Positions 24,877 to 36,109 of a DNA stretch of 64,000 nucleotides are shown piece by piece; the first letter of the stretch is position 1, and each line of letters starts with the position of its first letter. Under the pieces are notes generated by a model. That model ran no database searches. It saw nothing but the letters and a program-made list of their open reading frames with translations, and had not been told where the DNA came from. The DNA is from Vicugna vicugna (taxonomy: Eukaryota): positions 248,001-312,000 of the forward strand of contig MU058000.1 in NCBI GenBank assembly GCA_013265495.1. Direction: 5' to 3'. The position numbers were made by a program, and so were the translations under genes.

Positions 24877-25935
24877 CTAAATCCTTCCAGCTACAGGTTA
24901 CACCTTTTCTCAAGATGAAAGTTCAAAAAAAAAAAAGTTCTGCAGAGAGATGGTGGTGATGGTTGCACAACAACATGAAGGTACTAAATGCCACTGAACT
25001 GTACATTTTAAGTAGTTTAAGTTGTAAATTTTGTGATGTATATTTTACCACAATAAAAATATAAATAAATGAACCACTAGTGGACTAATGGATCTAGGCA
25101 CTTAGCATCAGTGGCTGCTAATACCACAAAGAAGAAACAACCAGACATTTGTGAGCTTCTTAGGGAAAGCACCACCACCACCTATTAGTTTGGCCAAAAA
25201 TATCGAGCATGCATGTGAGATCAAGACTTGAGATACAGCTATCAATTTACAGAAAATACAGAAGGCAGGGAAACAAGTTAAACCGTACCATAGTGATGCA
25301 ATCAACAAAACGGAGACTAAGAAATTTTGGGGAACAAACAACAAATTTTCTCTGCAAAAAAATCTGCAAGAGGTAAAAAGGGATGGAAGGAAACCTATAG
25401 TTTAAAAGATTTTAAAGACATATTAACTAATCATAATGTGCGGAGTTATCATAATTTAAAAAAAAGATTTTTAAAAAATATGACCTTTATGAGATAACTG
25501 TGGTCTTAACCAATGACTGGATATTTGATGCTACCAGGAGTTATTGCTGAAATTATTAGTGGTGATGATATTGTGAGTTAAGTTTTAAAAAAGGAAGGGG
25601 GCGATTGTCTTTTGATGGCATTGGTTATTTATGTATAGACAGACACATTTATCCGTAACTGTGAACTGAATAAAAATACCAAATATACACATATATGAGC
25701 TTGAGAGAATTATATTAATTATAATTAGTGTATATATAGTCAATTTATAAAAGATTGAGAAATAAATTTGGAAATAATTATACACTTTAAAAAAAAGATG
25801 AAAGTGCTTCCTTGTTGAGGTGTGTTGAGTCGTTCTACACACAGAATAGAAGAAGGCAGAGAGACGTTAACTTGAGGGCAACTGCTGATAACACTGCCAG
25901 ACTCAGCTGAGGTTCGAGTGGGAGCTATGACTCAC
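24877..25935 (-). pseudogene. Fossil exon, WSC-like repeat 2 part a, split by an L1 insertion
   Basis: Removing 24923-25805 restores *VIAPTRTSAESGSVISSCPQVNVSLPSSILCVERLNTPQQGSTFILRKGVTCSWKDL. Strong pyrimidine tract upstream; the donor reads ct rather than gt. Confidence 0.7.
24923..25794 (+). mobile_element. Composite L1 insertion (L1MB-like tail about 24935-25065 plus L1ME-like 3' UTR) inside a fossil exon
   Basis: ggtggtgatggttgcacaac...ttttaccacaataaaa; gactggatatttgatg. Flanked by aagatgaaagt at 24912-24922 and 25795-25805. Confidence 0.75.
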
Positions 25936-27460
25936 TTAGGGAGGAAAGGAAGGAAGAAACTGTGAATCATAAATTGGATAGACACCTATCCTGACCCTAG
26001 TGAATTTCGAAAGCTTTGAAGAGAGTCAAATTTCTCATGATCATGGAAGTATTAGTCAGAACGGTTCTTAGAAATAGTTGTTCCATTGGACTTAAGTAGG
26101 ATGGATTTGAAAACTAACTGATTGTCCTGAAAACCATAGCATCTTTTAATCCTTCTGAATTTTAAAAACAAACCAGAAAGGTATGATCTAGGGTGATTGA
26201 TTAGGAAGTAGACAACACTTATGTGGTGGAGGCACACACAAGAGTTTTGAACTTAGTTCCCTACTAATGGAAGACAAAGGTACTATACCATATTAGCATC
26301 AAATGGGTCTGAGGCTTGAAGTTCCTATGAGCTACTCAAGAAAGTATGAGCTATCACATGCTAAAAGGGCATGAAAGAAAATCCTGGGAATATTACAGCT
26401 ATCACAACTAAGCAACAATTGACTTTTTTTTTCTAGAAAATCATTTCTAGTTGTTTAGTCATTATGGTAGACAAAAACAGTGAACTTGTGACATAGCAAT
26501 TTTCTTTCTAACATTCTTAATAAAAACTTGATCTCTTCACCACTTCAATGAACAGATCTCAAAAAAGTCATGACAGGTTGTTTCCAATTTGAAGGCCTAT
26601 TGAAGCTAACTGAAGAGTGCTGGTCCATTCTGATTTGTGATACGGTAGTAGGAACACAAGCTTGAGTTTCACAAAGTCCTCTTCTATCTGTAATTCACTG
26701 TCCCATCTAGTGAGAAACAACCTACCCCCACTGCTTCCGAGACCCAGCTGCCTGCCTGTAAAACAGAATTGATAACCTCACATGGTTGTTTCAAAGACAA
26801 AATGAGATAACACATCTAAAAACCTGACCATTAGCAATCCTTCAAGAAATGCTAGCTTCCTCTATTCCCTGAAGGTCATCTCAAAGACAACAGGATGAAC
26901 AGTTGAAAATAAAGATCCAACATCACTTCATCACAGTAGGGGACTGTGGTGAAGAGTCTTTTCAAAGTGTGACGTGGTTAAGAAATGAATTTTAAATATG
27001 AAGAGTATGAGGTCAACAGTTTCTGTAAGAAATAAAGCAAAACTGTCATCTCTCATAGTTGATGTGACAGAACGATTCATCTAAACTAGGAAAGAGAACG
27101 TGTGCATCAAAGTCGTTCCAATTACTATTAGGAAGAACTTGAAGGACTTCACTCTGGAAAGATAAAAAGGAGGATTTGTTTTTATTGCTGATTATCCTAC
27201 TTTCAAAAGATACAGTGAAAACAGCTTAGTTAATAAAGGACATCATCAGAATAGTTTGGTGGGACAATTCTGAGTATTGTGCAGTACCTCATGTTTGTTT
27301 CTGTGCCTTGAAGAAGCAGAAGGAGGAATAAATCAATATTCCTGATTGGTAGAACAGACCTAAGTGTCTAGAATAGATATGGTAAGGGGATATGGTGTCT
27401 GATGAAGACACCATAATAAATGGGATTAAAAAGGCAAGAGGGTAATGCTATCCATCCACC

Positions 27461-27496
27461 CACTTGCCCACGTATCCACACTTGCCCACGTATCCA
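27461..27496. repeat. Perfect 18-bp tandem duplication
   Basis: cacttgcccacgtatcca x2. Confidence 0.9.
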
Positions 27497-28989
27497 CACA
27501 CACACAATAAGTATGTTTATTTCCTGTTTAAATATAAAACATGGTACCAGATGCAATGGGAAGACAAGAGTCTATAAAATAAGAGGTTGAAACCTAACAT
27601 AAAAAGATATACACACAGATACTCATAGGAAAAGGCAGTAAATGCCAACTGTCATGGAAATTATATCCAAAAGTTTTAATAGTAATGGGCTGGTAAAAGG
27701 AAAAATGTTCCTAGTAAGGTAACAAGGATAGTTTTCATAGAAAGAGAGAGAAAAATAATGGAGCTCCTGTAAGAGTTCGAACACTATTTGTTCAGCATTG
27801 AGAAAGTCACAGGAGGTGTCTGAGCTGAGGTGTCATGGGCGCAAAGCTGTGTTTAATGAAGATTCATCTGGCAGAACTGATTACAACAGCATTTGTATGT
27901 GTGCATGTGTGTTTTCGCCGATTAAATACTGGGTGAAGGTCAATTATGGGATGTGGTGCAAGTAATTTATTATAAAAAACATAAAATCAAAGTTTGAGAA
28001 TGATTTACTTTTTTGCAGTAATCTAACCATATTCAAGGTTATTCCTAAAAGATGTTATCCTTACCAAAAGCTTATTAAATAGCAGAGAAATGGATGGAGG
28101 ATAGCTGGGACCCAGTGAATGGTGTGAAGCTGAACACACCCATGCAGTGTGTCTGCCTGGGGAAGTCAAGAAGATCTTGTAAATAAGAAGCTTCTGCAAT
28201 CCTTGAAGATATGAAGAAATAAAGAGCTAAATAAGACACAGTAGTAAAATGCACAGGGAGGAGCAGATATGTGAGAAACCACCAAGAACACTTCGTAAAG
28301 TCTCTAGTTGCAGGGGACAAGGAAGTGGGAGAAAGCAATCTTTCCTTCAAATCTGAAGTGTAAGGATAGGTTTTAAATGCTCTCAGAAATGTTTTAAAAT
28401 TAATAAATTAAATTTTTCCTTGGTGTTTCAAATTGAAATTTCGTAGCTATGAGGCAATATAAGCTTTATATACAATATGTTGCCATCCACTGTTTTTAAC
28501 TATTTCCATTTTAAATTTCATGGCATACATATGTTTCTTTTCAGCAACCACATCTGGATACCAACTTAATCAACAATAAAGAATAATTAAAGTTCAAATA
28601 CTTAGGCAAGAATTCAACCATAAATTGAAGCTTAATATCTACCAAAGGTGCACCAGTCACTTGAAAATTGAGTTCACTGTAGGGATAGAAATAATTTTAT
28701 TAAACCTCCTGGGTGTATAGCTTTAGGTCAGCCACACTGTTGGCACTTTCTGTTGGAACTTCAATTTCCTTATCTTAGTATGTTCCCACTTCATGCCTTC
28801 CACAAACACTGTTGCCTTTGCTGGGACAACTCTGCCACCATCCTTTGCCTGGCTAAGGCCTGCTCAGACTTAGGTTCCCCATACGTAACACTTTCTAAGG
28901 AAATCCTGTCATCTCCATCTCCCTCACTACCTACTGCACAAAATCAGAGACCCCATAGGATCTTACTGCTAAGCCTGTACTCTTACATC

Positions 28990-29225
28990 CAAGGCCACGT
29001 TCTCCACCAAGCACAGTAGGCACAGCGTCTGTAGCCAATGAAAATGTTCTCATTTTATCATAAAACCGGAAGAAAAAAATAAATATAATAATGAATATAT
29101 AACAATAAATCTACCCTGGATTATATTCACCTTCATACCAAAGTAGTCAGAAAAAAAATTTTTTTTGGAGGAAGGAAGCCCCATGAAGGCTCAAGTGCCT
29201 AAGGGCCACAAATGTCATCATGTGT
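28990..29225. mobile_element. ORSL-like hAT-Tip100 element
   Basis: gcacagtaggcacag...gaaaatgtt...ccccatgaaggctcaagtgcctaagggccaca. Confidence 0.55.
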
Positions 29226-30124
29226 ACTTAGTTTGTAGTATTTCTACGAAGAAAAAAAACCCTGATTGTTTTTGTTTTTTTGAAAGCTGGATGATAGTAC
29301 TTATGTGGGGATTACTGAAATAATAAATTGCTTAAAGCATTTAAACAGTATCAGGCACACATCAATAAAGATTAGTTCTCATTACTATCTCATCATTAAC
29401 TGGAGACACTTTGGTACATCACCTGTAGTAAGAGCAATACAACACATTCCTCTTGAATTTAGTTTTCAGAATAAGTTAGTTTCTCAGGAGGAGTTTCTGT
29501 GTCCCCTTTAATTAATTAAGATAAAGAACCATGTGACCCAACGTGCATCCCACTTAGATGTCAGAAAACTCACCTACATTAAATGATAAGCCACAATGAT
29601 TGCTCCCAGGTGCCAGGGACATGACTTCTCTGTTTCCTAATTTTTTTCTGTGATTTTATTTTTTTTCAATTTCCTTCCATGTGCATTTTAATATTTTGCT
29701 ATAACTCAAAGTGGGAGAAGAATAACATTTTAAAGTAGGACTACAAATGAACAAAGGCCTTTCAACAGCCTAAACTAATAAAGACTATCTGCATTTCAGT
29801 CTCATTCACGACCCACTGACTTCTCCGACTGTAACTACCATATTTAAATGCACAGTACCAAATAAGTATACAGAGGTGTAAGGAAATGATATTCATTTTG
29901 AAAATACCACATTTCACATATTTTAACAACTGTCTCAGTGCATTTTAAAGTTAATTTTAGTAAACTGAAAGCAATACACGTATTGTTTAACTTTCTGACA
30001 AATATCCAAAGAGCACATGTACCCAAAGAGGTTCAAGTAGGCTGAAGAATTACTTGACATAAAGAGAACCGAGAACCAAGTGACAGAGAAAGTATTAAAA
30101 ATCTCTTAATTTTAGATTTATTGG

Positions 30125-30629
30125 TGTATTATTTGCTATGTATGCCATAACAATATACAGATGTAGTGCCTTAGAATAATGCAAATTTATTATGTTAACA
30201 ATTCTGTCTGTTAGGAGTCCTACAGGGGTCCTACTGGGCTAAAATCATGATGTCAGCAAGGCTGCACTCCTTTCTAGAGGCTCCAGGGAAGAATCAACTT
30301 CCTTGCTTTTTCCAGCTTCTTAGACGCCACCCACATTCCTTGGCTTGCAGCCCTCCTCCTCCATCTTCAAAGCCATCAACAGTATGTTGAGTCTTTCTCA
30401 CATTAGATCTCTCTGAATTCCTTTTCTGCTTCCTCTTTCACTTTTTAGAACACTTATGATTACAACTGGCCTAAACAGATAATCCAGGATAACCTCCTTT
30501 CCTCTAAATGCTTATTTGAACACAGCTACAAAATCTCTTTTGGCATATAATGTAACATATTAACAGGTTCTGGGGATTAGGATACAGACATCTTTGGGGG
30601 AGGTGGGCTCCATTATTCTGCCGACCACA
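30125..30629 (-). mobile_element. MLT1C/D solo LTR
   Basis: tgtatt...gggctaaaatca...cttccttgctttttccagcttct...cctccatcttcaaagcca...attattctgccgaccaca. Confidence 0.9.
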
Positions 30630-31996
30630 ATAATAACTATTATATACACAACAAAGTAGAACAGGAGGGTTAACTTAAGAGGACTCAAACACAGCAAAGA
30701 TATGCTTTGAATTTAATGAAAGCTATTTACTGACCTAAAATTTTATCTTATTTTTCTCCCTGAATATGCTCATGATTCAAACTCAAGTAGACCAGCTTTG
30801 GTGTCCTATGAAACCACAGAAAATAATCCAGTTAATCTATTAGAGAATCAAACAAGAAAATCTAAGAACTCATTTATATAATATATTTAACATTTCTGGA
30901 TTTTCCAGAATATATTCCATAACACATGAATACATTCAACAATTTAGAAAAGAAAAAATGTAAACTTTAAATATCTGAACTCTCCATTCAATTAATACTT
31001 CTATTGCCAACTAAGTATGTTACAAAAGATACTAAACATATTTGTCTCCAAAATTAAGTTTAGCCAATAGAAGTAGAATAAGCATTAGGCCCACTAAACA
31101 GATGGGCAAGTGGGTGGAGATATTTATAGCTAACTGAAGAATAATTAGTCATAACTTGCTATTGTGAATTTATTAAATAACAATATGAATGTTGATTACA
31201 TATTCAATCAAAGTTGACACCTGCAGAGATCTGTGCATCAGGAGCTCCAGGCCTGTCATCAATTTATTCAGTGCTAGCCCTCGAAACATTTAACCAATGG
31301 GTTTAATTTCAATCCCTACTGAACTGCTGGTCTGGCTGGATTTCAAAATCACTACATACAACACATGAGAAATAAAATTACTGTAATGAAATGAAACATA
31401 CATAAGCAATAACACAGATTAAGATTAAAACAAAATTCTGACTTGATTCAAACAGTAAACATAGTTTAAAATAAAACACATTGTTTCTCAACTGGTTTTT
31501 GAAAATAACTATGAAGAAAGCCTGAAAATAAATGAGGGAAGATATAATTTCACATGAAACAAAATAATAGTTCAATGAGTTTAAATAATTTCCTCAGTTA
31601 AAATAATCTTTCATTATCTCTAATGATCAACATCACTGAACCGAACAAACTGGTGAAATGTAAAATAAAGTACTAAACAGAATTTTAAAAATTAACTAGA
31701 ATCCAAATAACTTACATTACACTTAGAGACTATCCCATAAATTAACTCAGAATGTTTCATTTCACTCTAACATGCAATAGAAAAAATTGGTTCTCCTTGT
31801 TGCTGGGCTAGACAACAAGGATTAGCATTTATATAAGATGTATGATTGCCAAATATTCTTTCAATGAGACAAACCGAAAAACCTCTTGAAACGAGGTGAG
31901 GAATAAGTAATAGATTAATGGGTAAGTAGTGTGAAAACCAAACCAATAAATAAATAGTGTACACACAAACTAAAAATGACCTAGCCTCATCTTTAC

Positions 31997-32181
31997 CTGG
32001 CCTTGGAAAGATGTGAGAAAAGATGCCTTCAGTTCAAAAGTCCCTCCCTTGTTTCTGTCCCACAAATGAATTCTAAGAAATTATCCTCTGTTCTGCCATC
32101 ACCACTCCAAAAGTGGTACTGAGATGTAGAAGCAGAGCAAGGAAAAACAGAGAAATCAGCTGAAAGGAGTTTCTCAGAACA
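31997..32181 (-). pseudogene. Fossil exon, WSC-like repeat 1 part c (185 nt, phase 0-2)
   Basis: gttgctag|TGT...CAG|gtaaag. CSEKLLSADFSVFPCSASTSQYHFWSGDGRTEDNFLEFICGTETREGLLN*RHLFSHLSKA. Completes a C-x-C motif with the preceding exon; 50 open codons. Confidence 0.7.
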
Positions 32182-33499
32182 CTAGCAACAGTGAAACCAA
32201 AGGAAAACTCAAATTTTAAAAGCTGAGATCAGTACTGGCAGAGACAAATCAGACACACGAGAACTTCTGGAAATGCACAGCATTTTTCAGAGTCAATGCC
32301 TTTAACAGCACAGCAATTTTAGAAAACTGAAAATAATGGAGTCATATGTCTGTTACACAGTAGAAATACTTGCCCTCAGATTCTTCTGTAAGGCCAGCAT
32401 AATGAGTGTATAGTGTATCAGCTTCATCACTAAGCTAACTCTACGCCCTGGGTATCAATCTGATGACAAGTGTTATCCTCTTGATATTTTGCCAAAAATT
32501 ATAGTTCTGAGACATGTGCTACAGACTGGCTTAAACTCACAGGCTTCTAGAAAAGCAGGTCTCTCAGTGTCTAAAATGGCAAATCCAGTAACTATCTCTC
32601 ATTCCTTCCATCTTTTTCTACAAACAAGTATTGAGCTTATCCAACGCAAAGATTATTTAAATTCGATCACAAGTGTTGAGGAGCTAACAGTCAAAATAAG
32701 GAAACCGTTAAAAAAAAATTACTGTGATAAGTGAAACTGCCAAAAATAGTAGTATATTCAAAGTGCTAAAAAGGTAATGGAAGGAGAAATGCCTAACTCT
32801 CAGGCTTGTTCTTTCCAAGATTCATTTTTCCACGTTTACTTTTGACTCCATTCACTCTCATATCTTCTGGAGTCCAGCTATACCAATTAACTTTTCTTTC
32901 ACCTGTTCAACTTCTCCCACTCCTGGATCCTTTTACTCCACATTTATAATCATGCTTAAGTTTTGTCTATGATCAGTAGCAAATAGAAAATAACACTCTA
33001 AAAGTCACATTCATTCTACCATTAAGGACTGATACAACTTTAGGTACATAAACAAAGCTTTAATACTGTTTATTTCTTTGGTATTCAGGTATTTAGTATC
33101 TTTTTTCACACGTTATCCCAGACATGTGGGGAGCTAACTCAAATCACAGTTCAGAGTAGGCATAAAATGATTACTAACAATGTTAGAGTGTCCCTTAAAT
33201 GAATCAGGAAGCTCTTAGAAAATACTGTCACAAAATGAATAAAAACATAGGTTAAATACTTCTACTGTAAAATGTAATAGATAACTGAAATATTAGGAAG
33301 ACAAATATTGTTATCTAACCCTGGAGTGTCTTAACAAATCGTAAACCACTCTGAGTAAATTACTTAACTTCTGCCAAATATTTGCTGATTTGCCTTTTGA
33401 TTATGCAGAACTCATTTTGGTTATGCAGAGTCCATTGTGAATTTTTTCACCACTAAACATAATTACAGCTCCCCTATTAACTATGACCCTTTAATGTTC

Positions 33500-33730
33500 T
33501 TTCATTCATTCACTCATTTAGCAAATATCTGACATATCTACTATATGTCAGGTTCTTTCTAACCACTGTGGTATATAATATTGAAAAAAAACAAAAATCA
33601 GTACCTCACTATGCTCTACACCATAGACAAACACAACATTGTAAATCAACTTATACTTCAATAAATAAATAAATAAATAATCAGTCAATCAATCAATCAC
33701 GACCCTCACGGCACCTCCATTCTAGTGGAT
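33500..33730 (-). mobile_element. L2 3' end containing a short + strand L1 tail (about 33607-33680)
   Basis: ttcattcattcactcatttagcaaatat (antisense L2 end), interrupted by ctatgctctacacc...cacaacattgtaaatcaacttatacttcaataaa(taaa)n. Confidence 0.7.
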
Positions 33731-34570
33731 ACATTCCACTAAACACATTTCTCAATTTTGTGTCTTCCCAAAAATCACTGAGGCAAGAAACAAGATATTT
33801 CTGACCCAGAACAGTCCTCTGAATGTTTGTCACAGCCACAATCATGGTTAAGATAAGACTTAAAACTGCTGAACTGGAAAAAGAAAAAAAATGTGGGGCA
33901 ATGATGCACCTTTTCTCCACTGCCCACTTCTTGGCTAAGGCACAAGTGCTAATCAAAAATAATCAAATGAACAACCTGAGCAAAACTACTACTTTCTGAA
34001 GTAGCTGAAGACCTATTTCCCTTCTTTCACATTCTGTTAGTACTTTCTCTCCCTTTTACTCAGAAAAAGCAACTCCCTAACAAAGAGGACTTGACAATGG
34101 CCTATTTCAACAATACATGTACATTCCCAATAAGTGATATATGACAGGAAAGGCCAAACTTGAGAAGCCTGAAACTACAGCGCATGCTGCTGAGAATTAC
34201 TATCCTTCTAGACATTTTATCTAACATAGCATCAGAGTAGTAAAGAACTGATAAGATCCCAGCTAATTCAACAAAGCCAAATGTGTGTAACACCTACTTA
34301 AAACTAGAAATTGAGTAAGAAGACAAAATTTCATCTTTAAGGGAAAGGAATTTAAGAGTCTACATCAATTTCTAATTACGCCAGGAAGAAAAATTATGTA
34401 CACTAAATAGTCACAGTCACAATCGTAAAGCGCCTGGAAAACAAAGATGGGTCCTTTGTTTAATTAAGAGTTCATAATTTCAGTTTAAGGAAAAATATGT
34501 AAGAAAATTGCCTGCTATATTTGTTCATAATAATTTGCATTTCGTAAGTAAGAATGGAACTAAATCATAC

Positions 34571-34650
34571 TACACAGATACCCCTCCTTGTGGAGACCTT
34601 TGAAAAAGGAAATCCTTCCAATTTGCACATAAATTTTAGTTTTTAGTAAT
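34571..34650 (-). pseudogene. Fossil exon, WSC-like repeat 1 part b (80 nt, phase 1-0)
   Basis: tatgcag|AT...GTA|gtatga. (D)Y*KLKFMCKLEGFPFSKVSTRRGICV. Aligns without indels to the 80-nt exon at 24766-24845. Confidence 0.8.
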
Positions 34651-34797
34651 CTGCATAGTTTCAAAGCAGGTACTCTTACAGAGGAATACTGGCACTTACA
34701 GGAGCAGTGGGTTATCACAATATTAAGAAGGTAGGCAGCAGTTGGTTTAGTAAGAAATTATTAAAAATAACTACTTAAACAAATTAAAGTATCATAC

Positions 34798-34958
34798 CTA
34801 AATCCTCCCAGCTGCATTTTACATTTCTTTACTCTTGTCTTTGTTGCCATTCATAACAATGAAGAATTCTTAAGTCAATAGTTACTAAACTTCTGAGAGG
34901 TCCATGACATTAACTTCTCAATAGATATTCTCTCCCTTTAGAACACTCCCGTCCCAAC
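34798..34958 (-). pseudogene. Fossil exon, WSC-like repeat 1 part a (161 nt, phase 2-1)
   Basis: cctgtag|G...TTAG|gtatga. LGRECSKGREYLLRS*CHGPLRSLVTIDLRILHCYEWQQRQE*RNVKCSWEDL. Its 3' end is paralogous to 24877-24922. Confidence 0.75.
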
Positions 34959-36109
34959 CTACAGGCTTAAAATAGCCCAGGAAACACAAGACAACTCAGA
35001 TTTACAAATCTGGCAGCACTCACTGATAGAAACTCCTTGTACATGGGCCTTGGTTAACCTGGCACATGTCGCTAAATATGATATTAAATCAAACTAAAAA
35101 TATTTGTGAAGAGAATAGAAGTTCCAATGAATAGGAAGTTTCTCCATCATGTTTCACTTATAAATAGGTTAACCTTGTTCTACCTAACAGACAAGCTCAT
35201 AAGATGGTGAAGGGAATCAAGTATAAGTTTCCATAATAGTTAACTTTGATACTTCAGAAATATCTAAATTTTATCATTAGTTAATTTTATCATCAGTCCT
35301 TTACCTCTTCTATGTATACCATTGTAAGCAAATGTTAAAATATGCAAGAAGAGATTACTAAGCAGACGACTGCTGGAAAGAAACTCCTCCTCCTCTCGTA
35401 TAGAAATCCTGCTGCATTCTCCAAGATTTAAATAAAAAGATACGTCGCACAAAAAACCTCCCTATTTGGGCCTCAACAGAAGTAATCAATACTTCCCTTT
35501 TCACCAGGAACATCTGCTAATATTTCAGGTAATGTATTTATTTCATTCTACTTCTTAATAAATATAGTTATAAGTACGCAACTATAACAGCCTTTGCTTG
35601 GTCTTCATTATTTACATTAAGTCTTTATTATTTCTGAATCATCAGATAGCACCTAACACATCTTATACCTAATACATCTTAATTTTAAAAGGCAGGAAAT
35701 TACATCATTTCTCTGTTACAAAAGTTTGTGTCTTCCTGAGACTATTTTTTATGATTTTAAGAAATAGATGAAAATAGGATCCTTCATTCTCTCCCACCAA
35801 ATCAGCCCCTACTTCCTGACTCTCCAATTTCTCCCAATGGCAAAACCACTAAGACCTCAGAATATCCTGTGAGTCTTCCCTCTCATTCACCTACACTGTT
35901 CAGTCTTTCACTAATTTCTCCACAAAAGCTTTTGCATCTCTTGTCATTACCAGTGTCCTCCTTCAGTTCCTCTTTTGTGTCTACTGAGACCATTACAACA
36001 GGCTCCTAACAAGATGCATTTCCACAATCAATACTAAGATGGGCTCTAATAACAGTTTCAAAACATTTGGGGGGGGAAAAATCACTCACAAACACACAAA
36101 CTCCAAGTA

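Larger units (their letters stand above)
1..34958 (-). pseudogene. Decayed multi-exon polycystin-1 (PKD1)-like gene (WSC-like x3, REJ-like, GAIN/GPS-like) nested in the CEP128 intron; probably continues beyond position 1
   Basis: Ordered minus-strand exon remnants with AG/GT boundaries (listed separately below). They carry in-frame stops, frameshifts and an L1 insertion. The family call is by eye. Confidence 0.72.

Noticed and set aside
27461..27496. Repeat-spacer or CRISPR-like array
   Set aside because: Only two adjacent 18-bp copies with no spacers, in mammalian DNA; an ordinary slippage duplication.
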